Positions 26,833-41,258 of a DNA stretch of 64,000 nucleotides are shown here, in pieces (within the stretch, counting starts at the first letter, position 1; the number at the start of each line of letters is the position of its first letter). Where the stretch lies: positions 3,308,410-3,372,409 of the forward strand of contig NW_003526944.1 of the NCBI RefSeq assembly GCF_000181795.1, in the 5' to 3' direction. The position numbers were made by a program, and so were the translations under genes. The notes under the pieces are model-generated. The model saw nothing but the letters and a program-made list of their open reading frames with translations. It ran no database searches and had not been told where the DNA came from. This stretch comes from Trichinella spiralis. Taxonomy: Eukaryota.

Positions 26833-29800
26833 AACGTAGTATTCATTTGTTTCGAAAAATTGTTTCTTTCTTGCCAACAATTAAATTCTCCAACTCCCCC
26901 ATCATTTAATGTTGATATTATAATTGAAATTCCCATCAAAGATAAAAAGAAGAGGGTGGGGTGATTATTAAGTATTTATTGTTGTTTAAGGTGGGTCTCA
27001 GCATTTGGAAATTATTCACCCTCTGAAACCGGTTTTCTGACAAAGTAATCGCACCAACCCGTCAATAGTAAAGGAATTTTTAAAAATTATTTATTTCACC
27101 TGCGGTTTAATGCTTGAAAAAGAAAAATGCGCCATTTTTAGTCGATCATTTTCCACACATTTTTTATGTATATGTTTTAAATTTTAATTTTTCAAATTTA
27201 TTGTGAACTTGAAAAAATAAATTTGTATCACTTTGAAATCTGTAACACATACGCATAATACTGTTGAATCCCATTAGTATTTTCAATTGACTACAAATGC
27301 TTTTTTTTTCTTCAACTGAACTTACAGACACTGTATAATGAATGTCAAGTAATATTTTTTAAATATTATTTTGAAATTTTCTACGAATCATTAATCACAC
27401 GGTGTATTGTTATTTAGAAAATTTTTTATTAAAATATTTACGCGAATAATTACATTTCCACTATTTGAACTTGACCGTTGATAATAAAAAAATTTTAATA
27501 TATTAAACATTTATATTGTCAAATGACAATTGTCTGATTATAATTACAAGTTGTCTTATGTTTGTATAGGGTAAAATTATTCTTTTAAAACTTTTCATAC
27601 TTTGTATAAATAATTCGCTCACCTGTACCTCTTTCATTTAGAACATCCATTTATAGAAAATAGTATTTTTTGAAATTTTTTTCAATTTTGAAGAAAAGTT
27701 ATTGTTAAAAATTTTTTTTTTGATCAGAACACAACAACAACAACAACAACAACAAGTTGGAAAGCAAAGATGACGATTGGAAAGTATTGCATTGCAGTGA
27801 TTGTAGTAGAGGAAGACGAAGAAGAAGAAGAAGAAATATGACCCGCATTTATTCTGATAATTAAACAACAAATGCTAATGTTAACTGTTGAAAGCAAAAT
27901 TCAAGCTGTCCCAAGTTGTATGTTTGTCACCACCGCTCCGACTGTTATCAACCAGCCAAATATTTTATTATGTTTAACGCATCAATCACGACTGATAAAA
28001 CGCTATTTTTCAATATTTGCTGGACAATTTTGCACAGCAGTCATTTTGTTTAAACGTATTTTCTTTTCAATTATTAAAAATGAAAATATTATCACAATTG
28101 TATCGTTGAATTTTCTAATTTTAAATTATTCTACTTTGAAATTTACCAAAAAAAAAAATAATAAAATTTTAAACGTCAACAACACTAGTAATTAATAACA
28201 AATAGTTTGATAAAATTCAAATAGAGTTGTAATTATTATTGGATTGCGCAAATTTATTGAACGTGGTAATTGCCAAATTGCATCATTTTACTTGCAAAAA
28301 GAATCACTTTGTATTATTATTATTATTTGAAGAAGAAAATTTCAAATAATTTTTTTAAACAACTTTAATTAAATTTGAACTTTCAAACTGTAGTATTTTC
28401 AATTTGAAAAAACCAAACAGAAAACATTTCCTTCTATTCTCTCAACTTTCGCATTGTTGACATAAAAATTCAAAATATTTAAATCCAAAAACATGGTGCA
28501 CTGTATGTCTACATTGTTAATGGGCTTAAGTAGAAGACTACACTGATAAAATGCACAGTATACCTTCAAACATAGCTTCAAGTGTTTTGTTTTCAATTTG
28601 CAAACGTTGATCAGCTTAAAATTTGCATGCCATTGAAGTGCGAGATTGTAAAATGTGGAACGTCAACTTTTGCTCATAATTGTGAATAATGATATTCTAT
28701 TCAAGTATAAATATTTTGCCTTTCACGAGCATGTTGATCATTTTTATGCCAAGGGCAAAACAGACCAGACCGAGTGAGTGATTGATGAGGAAAATGTGAT
28801 CTGTTGGAAAAAGGAAAATTAATTATGAAATTTTTAAACCGTTCATTATTTTTCTTTCATAAATTCAATATAAATCAAAGCGGTTCTTTCAAATATACAT
28901 ATAATAAATATCCAATAGATTGTCAAATTTTCACAAAAAGAGTTGTTGAAAAAATTTGGAACATTTTGAAAAATAACAATCAATAAAAATAATAATAATA
29001 ATAAGGTATATTATTCTCTAAATATCAAATGGACAAAATTGTGAGCACATCTTCATTTGAATATGACAAGTGTACTGTGTGTTGTTTGTTCCATTTTATT
29101 CTACAATTCATTAAACTGGTGCCGTTGAAAAACCAGCAGACAATGGTACTTATTCATCATGTGTTAAAAATGTCAACAACAACCTGATTTACTGTTTGCC
29201 GAACAATAAACTCACAAAAATAATAATTAAATATGATTAATTAAATTAATGAACGATCTGATAGCAACAGTCACTAATAAACAATACTGTTGATGAAAAT
29301 ATTGTGCTTTTTTATTATTGCTGCGTTTAGCCGATATGCTCAAGGAAACTTTTACGCAAATAGCATCCTGTTTTCTTTTTCCTTTTTTATGAAAAAAAAT
29401 TTTTATTTTATAAATTTTAAAAATATTTATAAAATTTCAACACTGTGAAATCAGTAAACAAGTGTTTTTAAATTAAAAGTTGAAATAAAAACAAATTACA
29501 GTAACCGTTTGAAATGAAACAGAATTCAAATTTAGTTTGATCAACATTGAAATCAACGGGCGAATACATTCTCAACTGGCTTATGCAAATTTTAAAGCAA
29601 CAACCAAACTTTAATGAACATATTTAATAGGCAAACAAATACGAGGCATTTGATTGTTATCGTCATATGCGTGATTTGATATTCGATTGAAAATTTATTC
29701 TGGAAACAGCTACTACATGGAAATCATTTCAATTGAAAAGTAACATTGATTTTTTGAGCTGAAATGTCGCACTATTCATTATGCGTTCAGTATTTGATAT

Positions 29801-30066
29801 TGGGAACAGATTTTATTAAATAATTGATTAAATCATACGAAAAATAACAAAAATTCACAAGTTTCGGTTCTTTTATTTGTTCAGTGTCAAAATTTGAAAA
29901 AAAAATTTATTAATAAAAACAAATTTATAATCGTTTTGAAAATTACATATTTATAATATATGAGATTTAAAATTTTAATTTATAACAAAATAGGACCGTT
30001 TTCTGAGCTGTTTTATAAAATTAACTTTATGAGCAAGAATGAAAAAAAAGTGAACAATGAAAAATT

Positions 30067-30954
30067 TTACAATTTCACAATGTGACAGCTTAATTCGTCA
30101 TCAACCAATAGAACAGAGGCGGTATAGCTTGGCGGAAAGTGATCCGGTGTAAAGCTGGATAGGATGATCAAACGCTTTTGGGCAATCACTCGGTGGCCAT
30201 TTTTGACAATCTGGTGGCCTCGGACAATCATGTCGATGTCCATTTTGCGGCAAAATGATTTCACAACATCCACACCAAATTGTAAGCCGGCTCCACGACT
30301 GCTGCGCGCCCAGCCAGAAATTTTAATATTCGGATCTGACCACATTAGTTCTTCGACAATTTCCACGTAAGCATCTTCCACTGGACGTTGGATGCTTCGT
30401 ATCTGATCCCAGTTGTTCAAGTGCCTTGGAATGCCGCCGTGCATGCAGAAGATTCTCCCGCCGACCAGTGCCGCCAAGGGCATGTAGTTGAAGGCCCTGT
30501 TGAACGAGTTCCAAATTTCATCGTCCTGGTAACGTTCTTCAATTTCATCTCTGAATCCTTTGCCGAAGTTGATGTCCGAAAATTCATGATTTCCCCTCAA
30601 GAGGAAAACGTGATGCGGATAGCGGATTTTGTACAAGAACAACAAGCACAAGCATTCCAACGACTGTTTGCCCCGGTCGACCAAGTCGCCCAGAAATAAA
30701 TAGCGATTCGAGGGCGGGTAACCGCAGTGTTCAAAGATGTTCAACAGGTCGTCGAATTTTCCATGGATATCGCCGCAAATGATCATTTGAGGTTCGATTT
30801 CAAGCAACGTTGGCTGCAAGCAGAACGACGCTTCAGCCCAAATGCACAACTCGAGCAAAACATCCTTTGCAAAAGGCTGCTTCACCGCTGCATCCCTGCA
30901 GGACAGAACTTGTTCAATCATATCATTCAACAGATTTAATTTCATGTTGAACAA
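30067..30954 (-). CDS. Intronless divergent PP1-like (PPP family) Ser/Thr phosphatase, 295 aa
   Basis: Single ORF with the GDIHG, GDLVDRG, LRGNHE, MHGG, WSDP and RGHQ motifs. 'GYPPSNRYLFL' is PP1-type. Confidence 0.9.
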   Translation of the reverse strand: MFNMKLNLLNDMIEQVLSCRDAAVKQPFAKDVLLELCIWAEASFCLQPTLLEIEPQMIICGDIHGKFDDLLNIFEHCGYPPSNRYLFLGDLVDRGKQSLECLCLLFLYKIRYPHHVFLLRGNHEFSDINFGKGFRDEIEERYQDDEIWNSFNRAFNYMPLAALVGGRIFCMHGGIPRHLNNWDQIRSIQRPVEDAYVEIVEELMWSDPNIKISGWARSSRGAGLQFGVDVVKSFCRKMDIDMIVRGHQIVKNGHRVIAQKRLIILSSFTPDHFPPSYTASVLLVDDELSCHIVKL

Positions 30955-31927
30955 ATGTCCAGCTCACGATCGAACAACTGATCCCCTTTTTAATTTATTC
31001 ATTCATTCATTCACTTGTTTAAAATGCAAAACAGTTACAAGCTTTAAACTGTTTAAAGTTATTTCTTTACATCGCTGACAATGGAATTTTCACACAAATG
31101 TTAATTTAAACAGTATTGTATATTTTTAATCTAAAATTTTTCACAAAGTAATTCGTTTTTTTTGAATTACCATCTGCAGTATTCTTACTGGCAGTAAAAA
31201 ATTAACATTTAGCTAAAAAACCTTATTCCCGCTAATTTAAATTTAATCATAATTTAATAATATGAAATTCTCATCATATTGTTTGGTTTCTTCTTTTAAA
31301 ATTAGAATGTCACAAAATTTAAATTTAAAAAGTATTTTCTTTTTATTGAAATTCAAATCAAAGTTCACTGTGAAACACAACTCTATTAGATTGTCTGTCA
31401 GTATTTTTATTGAGCATTGAATAAAAAGTTATGAAAACCGAAAAAAAGCAGAATAAACTATAATCTTAAATTTCCATTTTAATGTATATATATGATTAAA
31501 TTCAAGTGCATTCATTGAATAATAATAATAAAGATTAATCATTTGTTTTTAAATTACAGTGTATTCTATTTTTTCCTTAATAAAAGTCAAGTCTGAATAG
31601 GTTACGGTAGGGGAGCAAGTAAGAAGTCCAATTGTGTGCGACTTTGGAAGGCAGAGCTGTTTAAATTGGGTGATTTTTTAATTTATTTTATTTAAATATT
31701 TGGTCATATATGTATTTATTTTTTGCCCCTTTTATTTGTTGTCACAAACAAATCTACTGATTTTACTTCTGTTTGAAAATGTTTGGCTTCGGTTATTGTT
31801 TTACCGTTTTTCTTGTGTTGAAAGCTTTTTTATAAGTGTTTTTCATCATTTAAGCTGTTGGCATGGAATAAAATTCTTTTCTGGATAATTTATGACTAGT
31901 CTTAAAGTTAAACTTTACTATGCTATA

Positions 31928-31930
<3 letters not shown>

Positions 31931-31969
<39 letters not shown>
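31931..31969. repeat. (AT)n microsatellite
   Basis: About 19 AT units read directly. Confidence 0.95.
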
Positions 31970-31971
<2 letters not shown>

Positions 31972-32267
31972 CGTAATATTTATTTTATGTTTAAGTTGTA
32001 CAGAGAATATTAAATGTCATTAAAATTTTGTTTTTATCTTCTTTTGTATGAAATTTTTATATTTAGAAATGAAACTTAATGGTTTTGATGAAAAGTAATT
32101 TATCAAATAATCAATCGTTAAAAAAGAAATGGAATCTTTTGAATACTTTGATAACAAATGTGTCTTTGATTTACAAATGAGATATGCGTTTCAATTAGTT
32201 GTTCTATTAGAGAATGAATTAATATTTCAAGTGTTTGATTTCTAATACTTTTTTAGAATTGATCAGC

Positions 32268-32747
32268 ATGAATAAGGACAAGCTAAAGGCGATGCAATCT
32301 GTAGTTCGAATTGGTGGTAAAGGCACGGCAAGAAGAAAGAAGAAGGTGGTACATAAAACCGCGACAACGGATGACAAGAAACTTCACAGCAATTTAAAGA
32401 AATTAGCTGTCAACAGCATTCCCGGCATAGAAGAAGTCAACATGATAAAAGATGATGGAACAGTAATTCATTTTAACAATCCGAAAGTGCAAGCTTCAGT
32501 GGCGGCTAATACGTTTGCAATTTCTGGTCATGCGGAAAGTAAACAGATAACTGAGATGATTCCTGGAATTTTAAATCAACTAGGTACAGAAAGCCTTGAC
32601 CATTTGAAGCGACTGGCGGGTAGCGTTGGTGGCCAGCCTGGAAAAAAGGAAAATTTGATAGCAAATGAGGTGGAATTAGATGATGAAGTTCCAGATCTTG
32701 TTGGAAATTTTGATGAACCATCACTGAATGAAGCAGATGGCAACTGA
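32268..32747 (+). CDS. BTF3/icd-1: Nascent polypeptide-associated complex beta subunit / BTF3
   Basis: '[31 protein letters not shown]', '[27 protein letters not shown]' and '[13 protein letters not shown]'. A splice acceptor TTTTAG ends at 32256, just upstream of the ATG. Confidence 0.96.
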   Translation: MNKDKLKAMQSVVRIGGKGTARRKKKVVHKTATTDDKKLHSNLKKLAVNSIPGIEEVNMIKDDGTVIHFNNPKVQASVAANTFAISGHAESKQITEMIPGILNQLGTESLDHLKRLAGSVGGQPGKKENLIANEVELDDEVPDLVGNFDEPSLNEADGN

Positions 32748-33899
32748 TTTAATTAATAATTTTTTGAATTAAACGTGAATATCTGCTTTTTTCTTGGCTC
32801 AATCTTTCTTAGTGTTAGTGTTTGTTTTTGGAAACTAGTTACATGTGAAAGTTCAATAAAACAGGTGAAATTTAATATATTACATCTGTTTGAAAATGTA
32901 TATTGCAAAAATTAATTATCCATTTTAATGTTTGAAAATAATGTCTAGTGTGCAGTGTCATACTGTAGACAGTCGTCAAGTTAATATGTATGAAAAAGTC
33001 GAGGATTGTCAAATTCGATGTAATTTTTAACAAAATAAGATTTTTATATTCAAAAAACACGTTGCACAATTATTTTGTTAATACATAAATATCTTCATAA
33101 ATTATGGAAAGTGATATTTTTTATAAAATTGGAAAATAATGAATTCCGTTTTCTTATTAATTTGTAATATTTTATCATGTTGGAATTTGAAAATATTTTT
33201 GAATTCACATCAATATGCAATATTTATATTTTACTTTTAAATCAGAAAGGTATACTGTCATTTGAAAATCTTCATTTCAGAAAGTGCATTTCGGTGCATG
33301 GTGCATTGCTTGCACTGTTTGTGTTTGCAAGTAAAAGTTAGAAATATATTGTTTAAAAAATTTACTTGCAGTTTGTTTCTCAAAATTGTAAGTTGCTTGA
33401 TTATACTATGATTCATAAACAATTGGCATTTTGAATTTTTTGGCGATGAACCTATTTTCAGTGCATCTTATGTAAATTGTCTTTTACTAATTGAAATATG
33501 TTTTCATTTACAAGTGATATAATTTCATGTTGGTATTGTTAATTTTTTGAAAGGTTCATAGGATTGATAATTTGTTTTAGGTTACAATACAGCTTTTTAT
33601 ATTTCAATTTATCATTGGGCGCGAATTGCAAACTTACTATACGTATATGTGATAGTTGTGATGTCTTTTTTATTTGGTTGGTAATTGTGATTTTTATTTC
33701 AGCTTAAATTTTTAAAAGTATCTCAGATTTATTTTTATGACTGCAAATTTTTTTAATTATAAAATTTTTATTTATTAATCATGAAATTAGAATAGATTGA
33801 TAAACTTCAAAAAATAAATATAACAAACAGTGCGTAGCATATAATAATAGTCAAGTTGAATGGCATATGATTTTTTGTCACTTTTTAATTTGTCATCTG

Positions 33900-34508
33900 C
33901 TAAATAACCATCATTCTTGCCACTGCAATGGAGGTAGTTACAGCCATAACAGTTTGTAGAAATGACGAGATGCTGCTGGGATATGCGCCACTTAGCTCAG
34001 ATTCGTCGGGGCACGGCTTTACGCATTCCGTCGCGTTATGCACTGAAACACAGTCATGAAATTTTTGGGCAAAGCACAGTGGTCGATCCCAGTTCTTCAC
34101 TAACTGAGAATTTCTCATGCACATGAAGTAATAAATCCGAAAAGCTGTCGATAGTAGTTGCACTTCGAAATTTTCTTGATCTTCACTTATGTAAGCTTTA
34201 TAAAGACAGTACATAACATCATATCGAAGTGAAATATTGTCAAAGCATCTTTTGTATATTTCAATTTGGGAACAAAATAGGATAATATTCGAATGTGAAA
34301 CTGCGTAAGGTGTGATAAGGTTCTCTGCAGGGCAGCTCGTGTACATATCGTAACAAGATGCATTGTCCATGCTGATATTCCTGTTGAAGAGTACAAAATC
34401 ATACAACGGGATGCCGGGTGGCAGGTTATTTTCATTGTAATTTTCTTCTTTTGCAGAGCTTAGCAAGAAGAACGCCAAAACCGTTGCGTAGAAAAGTTTC
34501 TGGTCCAT
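33900..34508 (-). CDS. Intronless secreted, probably GPI-anchored Cys-rich protein of unknown family (~202 aa)
   Basis: Signal peptide 'MDQKLFYATVLAFFLLSSA', 10 Cys, four N-x-S/T sequons, and a C-terminal small-residue site followed by a hydrophobic tail. GC content is higher than in the flanks. An in-frame upstream ATG lies at 34532. Confidence 0.7.
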   Translation of the reverse strand: MDQKLFYATVLAFFLLSSAKEENYNENNLPPGIPLYDFVLFNRNISMDNASCYDMYTSCPAENLITPYAVSHSNIILFCSQIEIYKRCFDNISLRYDVMYCLYKAYISEDQENFEVQLLSTAFRIYYFMCMRNSQLVKNWDRPLCFAQKFHDCVSVHNATECVKPCPDESELSGAYPSSISSFLQTVMAVTTSIAVARMMVI

Positions 34509-37500
34509 GCTAGCAGTACGGATACTGACCATTTTTAGACACTTGGAAATGCCTGCGACAATGCACTAAGACGGATATGACTAGCGAAGCTGAGGCTAGT
34601 TGAAATTAAACAAAATTCTTCATTGACATTAAAGTGTTGAATTTTAAAATAAATTTTTTGTTTAAACTGATTTGTAGTTTCGTATTAAAATATGTAAAAT
34701 AATTTTTTTTAATAAATTTTCATATTTTAATTATTAAATTGATTCAATTTCAAACAAAAATATTTGTCTTAGGTGAAGAACAACAACAACGGCGAATCAG
34801 TGCCAAACGACGAGTAATTGAATGGACGGACCATTGGCGCGGCATTTCAATCTGCCGTATTTAATTAACCGGTACAATTGTTGTTCCTTTTTGTTTTATA
34901 TATTAAAAAAATTGTTTTATATTTTTGCTGAATTTATTTTTAAAAAAATTTTTGGTAGGTCTTTATTGGATTTCAATTTTATTATTATTTTTCAATTCAA
35001 CATGTTTCAACAACATTTCTAAACGCATTTCACTGAACTCGAATATATTTCTTTGCTTTTTTTTTCTTAAAATTAATATTTATAAGTTCGAAGATGTATG
35101 TTTTCATTTTCTAATAATTTCATCATTGTTTAAGTTGTTGACTTGGTCAATTCAGTTTTATGTGAATAATTTAAACGGCAAGCATACAATTTGCAAAGTT
35201 GATTAAATACAAATCAATAATTTATATGCTCCAACTATAAATATTAATCTGTATGAATTTTCTTTACATATATAATTATACCTTGTATTTACTTTGCCAT
35301 GTATTATTGTTGTTGTTATTCAATTCTGTGCGCAAATTGTTTATAAAAACAATTTGACTTGATTGACTTCTGCTTTGTACGTGTGTTGGGTCATTAATTT
35401 TGTTAACATTGTTGTAATTTATAAATGATTAAATGTGTTATTACTTTATGAACAAAAATTATTCATGTATATATATATGTTGATTGTTAAAAATTTTTGT
35501 ATTTATCAAAGCAGGTATACCAGTGTGAAATTGTGAGCAGTTTAATAATATGCATGCAGCTGGTGAAGTTTATTTATAAATTTTTCCAGCTTCGTAATCG
35601 AATGCTTAATGGTCGCTGAACAAATATGACAAAGACTCGTTTTCCAACACCATCTTCAGTGAGGATGTAAATAAATTAAATAGGGTAAGCATTTTATGTA
35701 AATTTTTATTGTGAACTTCAGATGAAATAGAAAACTGAATTGCTTAACTTTTTATCTTTTTATTTATAATTTAAAATGTAATTTATATTTTAATAATGCA
35801 AAAGATTTATTTTTAAATGGCAATTCATTTCCATTAGAAGGCAACGCTAATTCTTGAAATTTGTAATGACATTTATGTCAATAAATTTTTATCTTTTAAG
35901 TTTGCAAGTTAAAGTTCACAAATAGTTAGTTAGTTGGTGGTTTTTATTGATCATTTTTCAATAAAATTCTAGCATATAATAAAAAATGATAAATTTGCTT
36001 AAAATTCTGTAAACAATTTGGCAGATGAATTTATTTTGAATTTTTTATCTTGTTGTATTAATTATCAAAAAAAAAAAATTTTTTCCATCACTTCAATTTG
36101 CTTGAAGATTTCACTTTTTTATCTTTGAATATTTTGATTGAATTTTCAATTGAATTATTGTATATTATTCGTTATTGAGGGAAACGGGGAGTGGGGGAAG
36201 GGGAGGAAAAAAGAATTTTCACTTGCTCAACCAATAACGGGATTATTATCGTAGTGTGTTTTTGAATGTAAAAATTTAATCCGCTTTGTATTTTTCAGTC
36301 TACTGTGTGGGAATTTCAATTTGTCAAAGTCGAAAATGAATGTCGAAAAGAGATTTTTTGAGAGGCGGAAGGGGGGGTGGCATTGTTAGCTAAAAGCTAC
36401 CAAAATAGTGCCAGTTTAGTCAATGCTTGGGAAAAATGTGCATTCTGTTGTAAATTTTATCGAAATTGTTTTTTGAATGTAAAATTTACAAAAAAATATA
36501 TATATATATATATTTTTTTCTTAATGTTGACTTGCGGTTTATTCAATTAGAGAGAAGTGAGGCATTTACGATGTAAAAAATCATCACATTTGATCATTTT
36601 AAACAGGAATAAAGGAGCAAGCAGGCATTGAAGAGATTTATTCATTCAGTACTGGTGCTTCAATTAAGCTCAATTCAGCGTCATCGGAACGAGCTTATCG
36701 TTTAATGTCTGTTCAAAAATTTACATTCAGCTTTGATAGCGTGTAAATTTTGCAACAAACAGCACATCTCTCGTCATTGATCACACATTGTTGCTTCTAT
36801 TTTTTTCTTCTTCTTTCTAAATAGTCATAATTATATATTTGATCGTTTGATTTAATAATATTATAATATGATTGTAATTTTTTTAAAAAAAAAGTACATA
36901 TGTACTTTACATTGTGTGAAAAATTCCTTCTTCACATTTATAATGCATCAATTGTTCTTTTGAATTTATCGAAAGCTTGAAAAGGATTGGGATGTTGTGA
37001 TCGATGAATTCGAAATATGAAAATTATTAAGTGGTTGAATGGATTTATTTTTTGATTTGATCGTTGTTTGAGCACAACTTTCACAGAGAAGCGGAAAAGT
37101 ATTTTCACCGCAAAGTGCAAAGCAGCACTTGAAATACTTTTATATTCTCTCTAATTTTCGTTCAAAAGGGAAATACACATTTATTTGCAATTTCACTTGT
37201 CAAAGCTGTATGATTTGTCCGTTTGGATGTTGACGATGTCCATTTTTTTTTCATCCAAATTCTAGTTATTATGTGATTATGATTATTTCATAATTTTCAG
37301 CAGAACAAATTTGAAAAATGTGCTTTATGTCATGAAGCTCCGTTAGTAGCTGCCCTGAAACGTTTCGGCGTCGTCAGTTGGCGTTGGCTGCTCTTCTTGT
37401 TGGACCAATTCATGAAAATCGTCGTCGTTGCAGAATTTCCTGCCAGACGTTCAGTTTCTGCGTCAACTTTGCCTCTCATCAAGACATCCGGTCAATCTTC

Positions 37501-40142
37501 GACGGCCATGATTAGCAGCAGAATGGCCGCAAGTGAGAAGAACAGCGCTTCTTCACCGACTATGGCTAATTCCAACATTATCGATTTTCAGCTTCTTCAT
37601 TCCAAAAGTAAGCATTTGTTTTTTTTATTTGGTTCTACATTTTTTGGATTGTTGTTGTCTTTTTAATTATGTTGATTGAATGATATTTTTTTAAAAATAA
37701 TATACAACTTTGAAATGGGGGATGATTTTTTTTTAAAGATTTTCGGTGGTAGTGGTTGGGGGTTGTCATGTCATTTCAGCAATAGAATAATAATCTTTTG
37801 AAATTCATATTCTTATTGTCAGCGATAATGATGCGATCACGCATTTTTCACATTTCGAGAAAAATGTCGACAATGTGACGACATTGGAAATGGATATTCG
37901 TAATTTGAAAAGCGAAATGATTGATGTTGTTGATGCATATTGAGACATTGAAATAGCAAAGTTTGAAATTTTATTTATTACTTCATTTTTATCGTTGTTC
38001 ACATCAAAAAAGTACACTTTTGTAAAGCATTTTCGAGAAGATGAAATGCAAATTGAAAATGGTGAACATTGATTTCATTGGAGAAAAGAAAAAAAATATA
38101 TATATAAATATTTTTTATTTCGCAAACAAATTCTGCATGCCGTTGGGTATTATTATCCAGATGCAGGCACTGGCAGCGTAATAAACTAGCGTTGCTTACG
38201 TTTGGGTTTCGTATTTTAGCTTCTCTCGGGCATTGCTGCTTTTGCCTCAAGGCTTACTTTTCATTCCATTGCATTTGGCGTTTGAACAACATCAAAGAAA
38301 TATTTGCATATCAAGCAATTGTGCTCACGTTCATAAATCAACCGATGCACAGAAATGAATCGATTTAAATAATATTTGCATACTATGGGAATTATTTCTT
38401 CAAAATTTTCTTCTTCTTCTTTTTTGGTGTTCTTTTTCAATTAGTTATGCTGGACAATAATAATATCATTTTAAGCAAAGAAAAAATATATCGAATCGAT
38501 TGATCACGAAAAGCATGACTGACGATGCCTTTTCTGATATTTTTTTCCATTTGCAATTTATTTTCAGGGGAAAAGGAGAAGTTTCTCACATTATCTTGTC
38601 TTTTCAATCTGATCAGTCGATCTCTTCTGATTGATTGTTTGATTTCTACTTTTTTTTTAGTTTTATCATATTTTAACATACATTGAAAAAGAAATTACAA
38701 TAACAGTTTTCATAATATTTGGTCGTGTATTTATTGTCTTCTTTTCGGATATTTTATGAGAATCGTTGAATATTATTGCAATTTCAAAAAATTCTATTTT
38801 CTTTTTTTAAATACAATCAGAAGAATATTGAATTTTTTGATGTGATAATTGAGCAAATTTTCCAAAAGAAAAGTAGATATTAAAATTCTTTTTTAAAAAA
38901 ATAATATAAACTTTTGCATCTTTTTGACGATGCATATTTTGAAATTATTCTTTTGGAAAAAGTATTTTTAAAAAATCATTATTTTTCGTAAGTTAAATAA
39001 ATATTTCCTGGGAGTAATTATTGTTATTATATTGTTAGTTTTTCAAGTTTGTCTCTTTTTCAAATTTTCCTCTTGCCTGTAGTATTATTATTGTTGTGAA
39101 GAAGCTTCACATTATATTTAATTATTCTTGTATTGTGCTTGTTTTGTTCTTTTTGGCAATTTATATTAAAATTTAATCATTGATCATTTCTGAAATTGTC
39201 AGCAAAGGAAAAGTGAAATTTTGTTTTTCCTTCAATGAATATTTCAATTATTATAATCTGCAGATTGTTAATGGAGTTCTGTTTTTTTTATAGTATCTTT
39301 TCAATGCATTTGAGAAAAGAATATATTCAAACGGTAATATGAAATATTGAATAAAATTAAAAGTTCTTCCTTTTTCATATATACATTTAAATATTCATAA
39401 CATTATTTCATTATGAAAATGTTCTCTCCCTCTCTCTCTCTTTTTATAAAATTTTTGATTTGAATTAATCACAATTGAAGTTCTGTTGAACAGTGATGCT
39501 GAAAGCGACAAGCTTTCTCCAGTTTGTTTTCTGTTCTGTTGGGTCTGATCGATCTGTCAATTCTCTTTTCATTCGTAGAAACCATTAATGTATAAATATC
39601 GCGCTTTATATTTGGATGTGAATTAAGCAGGCAAGTTTAGCTGGCTGGTTGTTGCTTCTTTAGTTACTTTGCATTTTCTTCTCTTTTCGCTAGTTGGTGC
39701 TTGCAATAAGAGAAAAAGCACAACGATCCGCTCAAATCATCTTCAGCATAGCATAGAATTTGGATCTTGTTTGTTTTTATTATTAATATTATTTCAGTTT
39801 TTTTTAAAAAAAATTTTCATTCAACAAACAAAAAGATCATCTTCTGAGAAAATTGCCCATCTGCTTTTTTCCCACGTTTCACTGATTCAAGAAAATAAAG
39901 CCATTATCGCTTGGTTGGGTCTGTATGCAGCATGTGGGTAAATTTGCCAATTGCGACAAGCGAACGATCATCGAAATTGAACAATCAACGATAATTATAT
40001 TGTTCAATCAGAAAAAAAAGTTAAACGAAAATATTAATTTCTTTGCATATACTTTGCATATAAGCTTTGTTGTTGTTGTTGTTGTTGTTGTTGTGATTGT
40101 CAGAAAGGTTTCCCACCACCACCACCACTACCACCATTGATT

Positions 40143-41218
40143 ATGGCTTTGCAAGTGCGTTTTGTTGAAGGTTCCCAAGTTGAGGTACCTTTCCAATCTA
40201 ATGATAGTGGAACAATTGATCACGGTGATGATGTGGACGATGACTACGACCACGAATACAACAATCACAGGGAAAGTTTTAGCTTGTATGAAGTAAGAAA
40301 AATCAAATTTTTTTCCATCTATCTATTTATAAATCAATGATTATTAATAATAGGAAGATGGTTCAACATCTGCGATGAAAATGTCCCATTTTATACGTCG
40401 AATTTCTCTGTACAATCCAATTGTATCCGGTGGCGATGATGTCGATCCAAATAAGCAAGTAAGTTTTATTATTAATCACTTTTTGTTCTTGTTATTCGAT
40501 CATGATGTTAAAAAAACACATTAAACTAGTAAAAGCGGTGCTTGTTTAAAAATTGGTTATGCGCTATGAGTGAGGTTCGGTAGTGTTTATTTAGCCAACA
40601 ACAACAACAACTATGCTAATATTTTGCATTGTTTGGCTAATGATGTTTTTGCGGATACGAGACATTTGGCCCATACTACTACTACTACTACTACTACTAC
40701 TACCCTCCCTCCGTTTGCACTGCACATCTTATTTCTTCTATGTAGTTTAATTTAGCCGCACGCTTGGCAAGCTTGATGCTGTGATGAATTGAAGCATGAT
40801 GCGCTTGATGGCATGTTTCTTCTTGGAGAAAATTTATTCCTTTTGTTAACAGATTTATTAACGTCAATTCTTCTTTTCCATACATTAATTGTTAGGTGGA
40901 AATTTAAATAATAACAGGAAGAACCAAAATTAGACAGATTCTGTTCAAAATTTTTTCTACTCCACCTTAAAGCATATATAATTAATTGTTTCTCAAATTA
41001 TAAAGCAGTCGTGTAAGCTCTCCGTAAATGTTCAATGAATGAATCAATAAATAGTGAATTAAATTTTTTTTATTATTTTTTTATTCAATCTCAAATGGAC
41101 GTAGGAATACATTTTCATTTCCTTTTCTTTATTTTAATTTTAAAGAGAGAAAAGAATTTTTATGTTGTGGATGTTGTATTGTTAGTTGTTTCTCATGATG
41201 AAATATATAAATAACTAA

Positions 41219-41258
<40 letters not shown>

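Noticed and set aside
36308..36320. kB-like motif GGGAATTTCA
   Set aside because: An imperfect single match, expected by chance, and far from the NF-kB-like gene.
40068..40135. (GTT)n and (CAC)n repeats producing poly-Val/poly-His ORFs
   Set aside because: Simple microsatellites in the KCC upstream/5' UTR region. The ORFs are artefacts.
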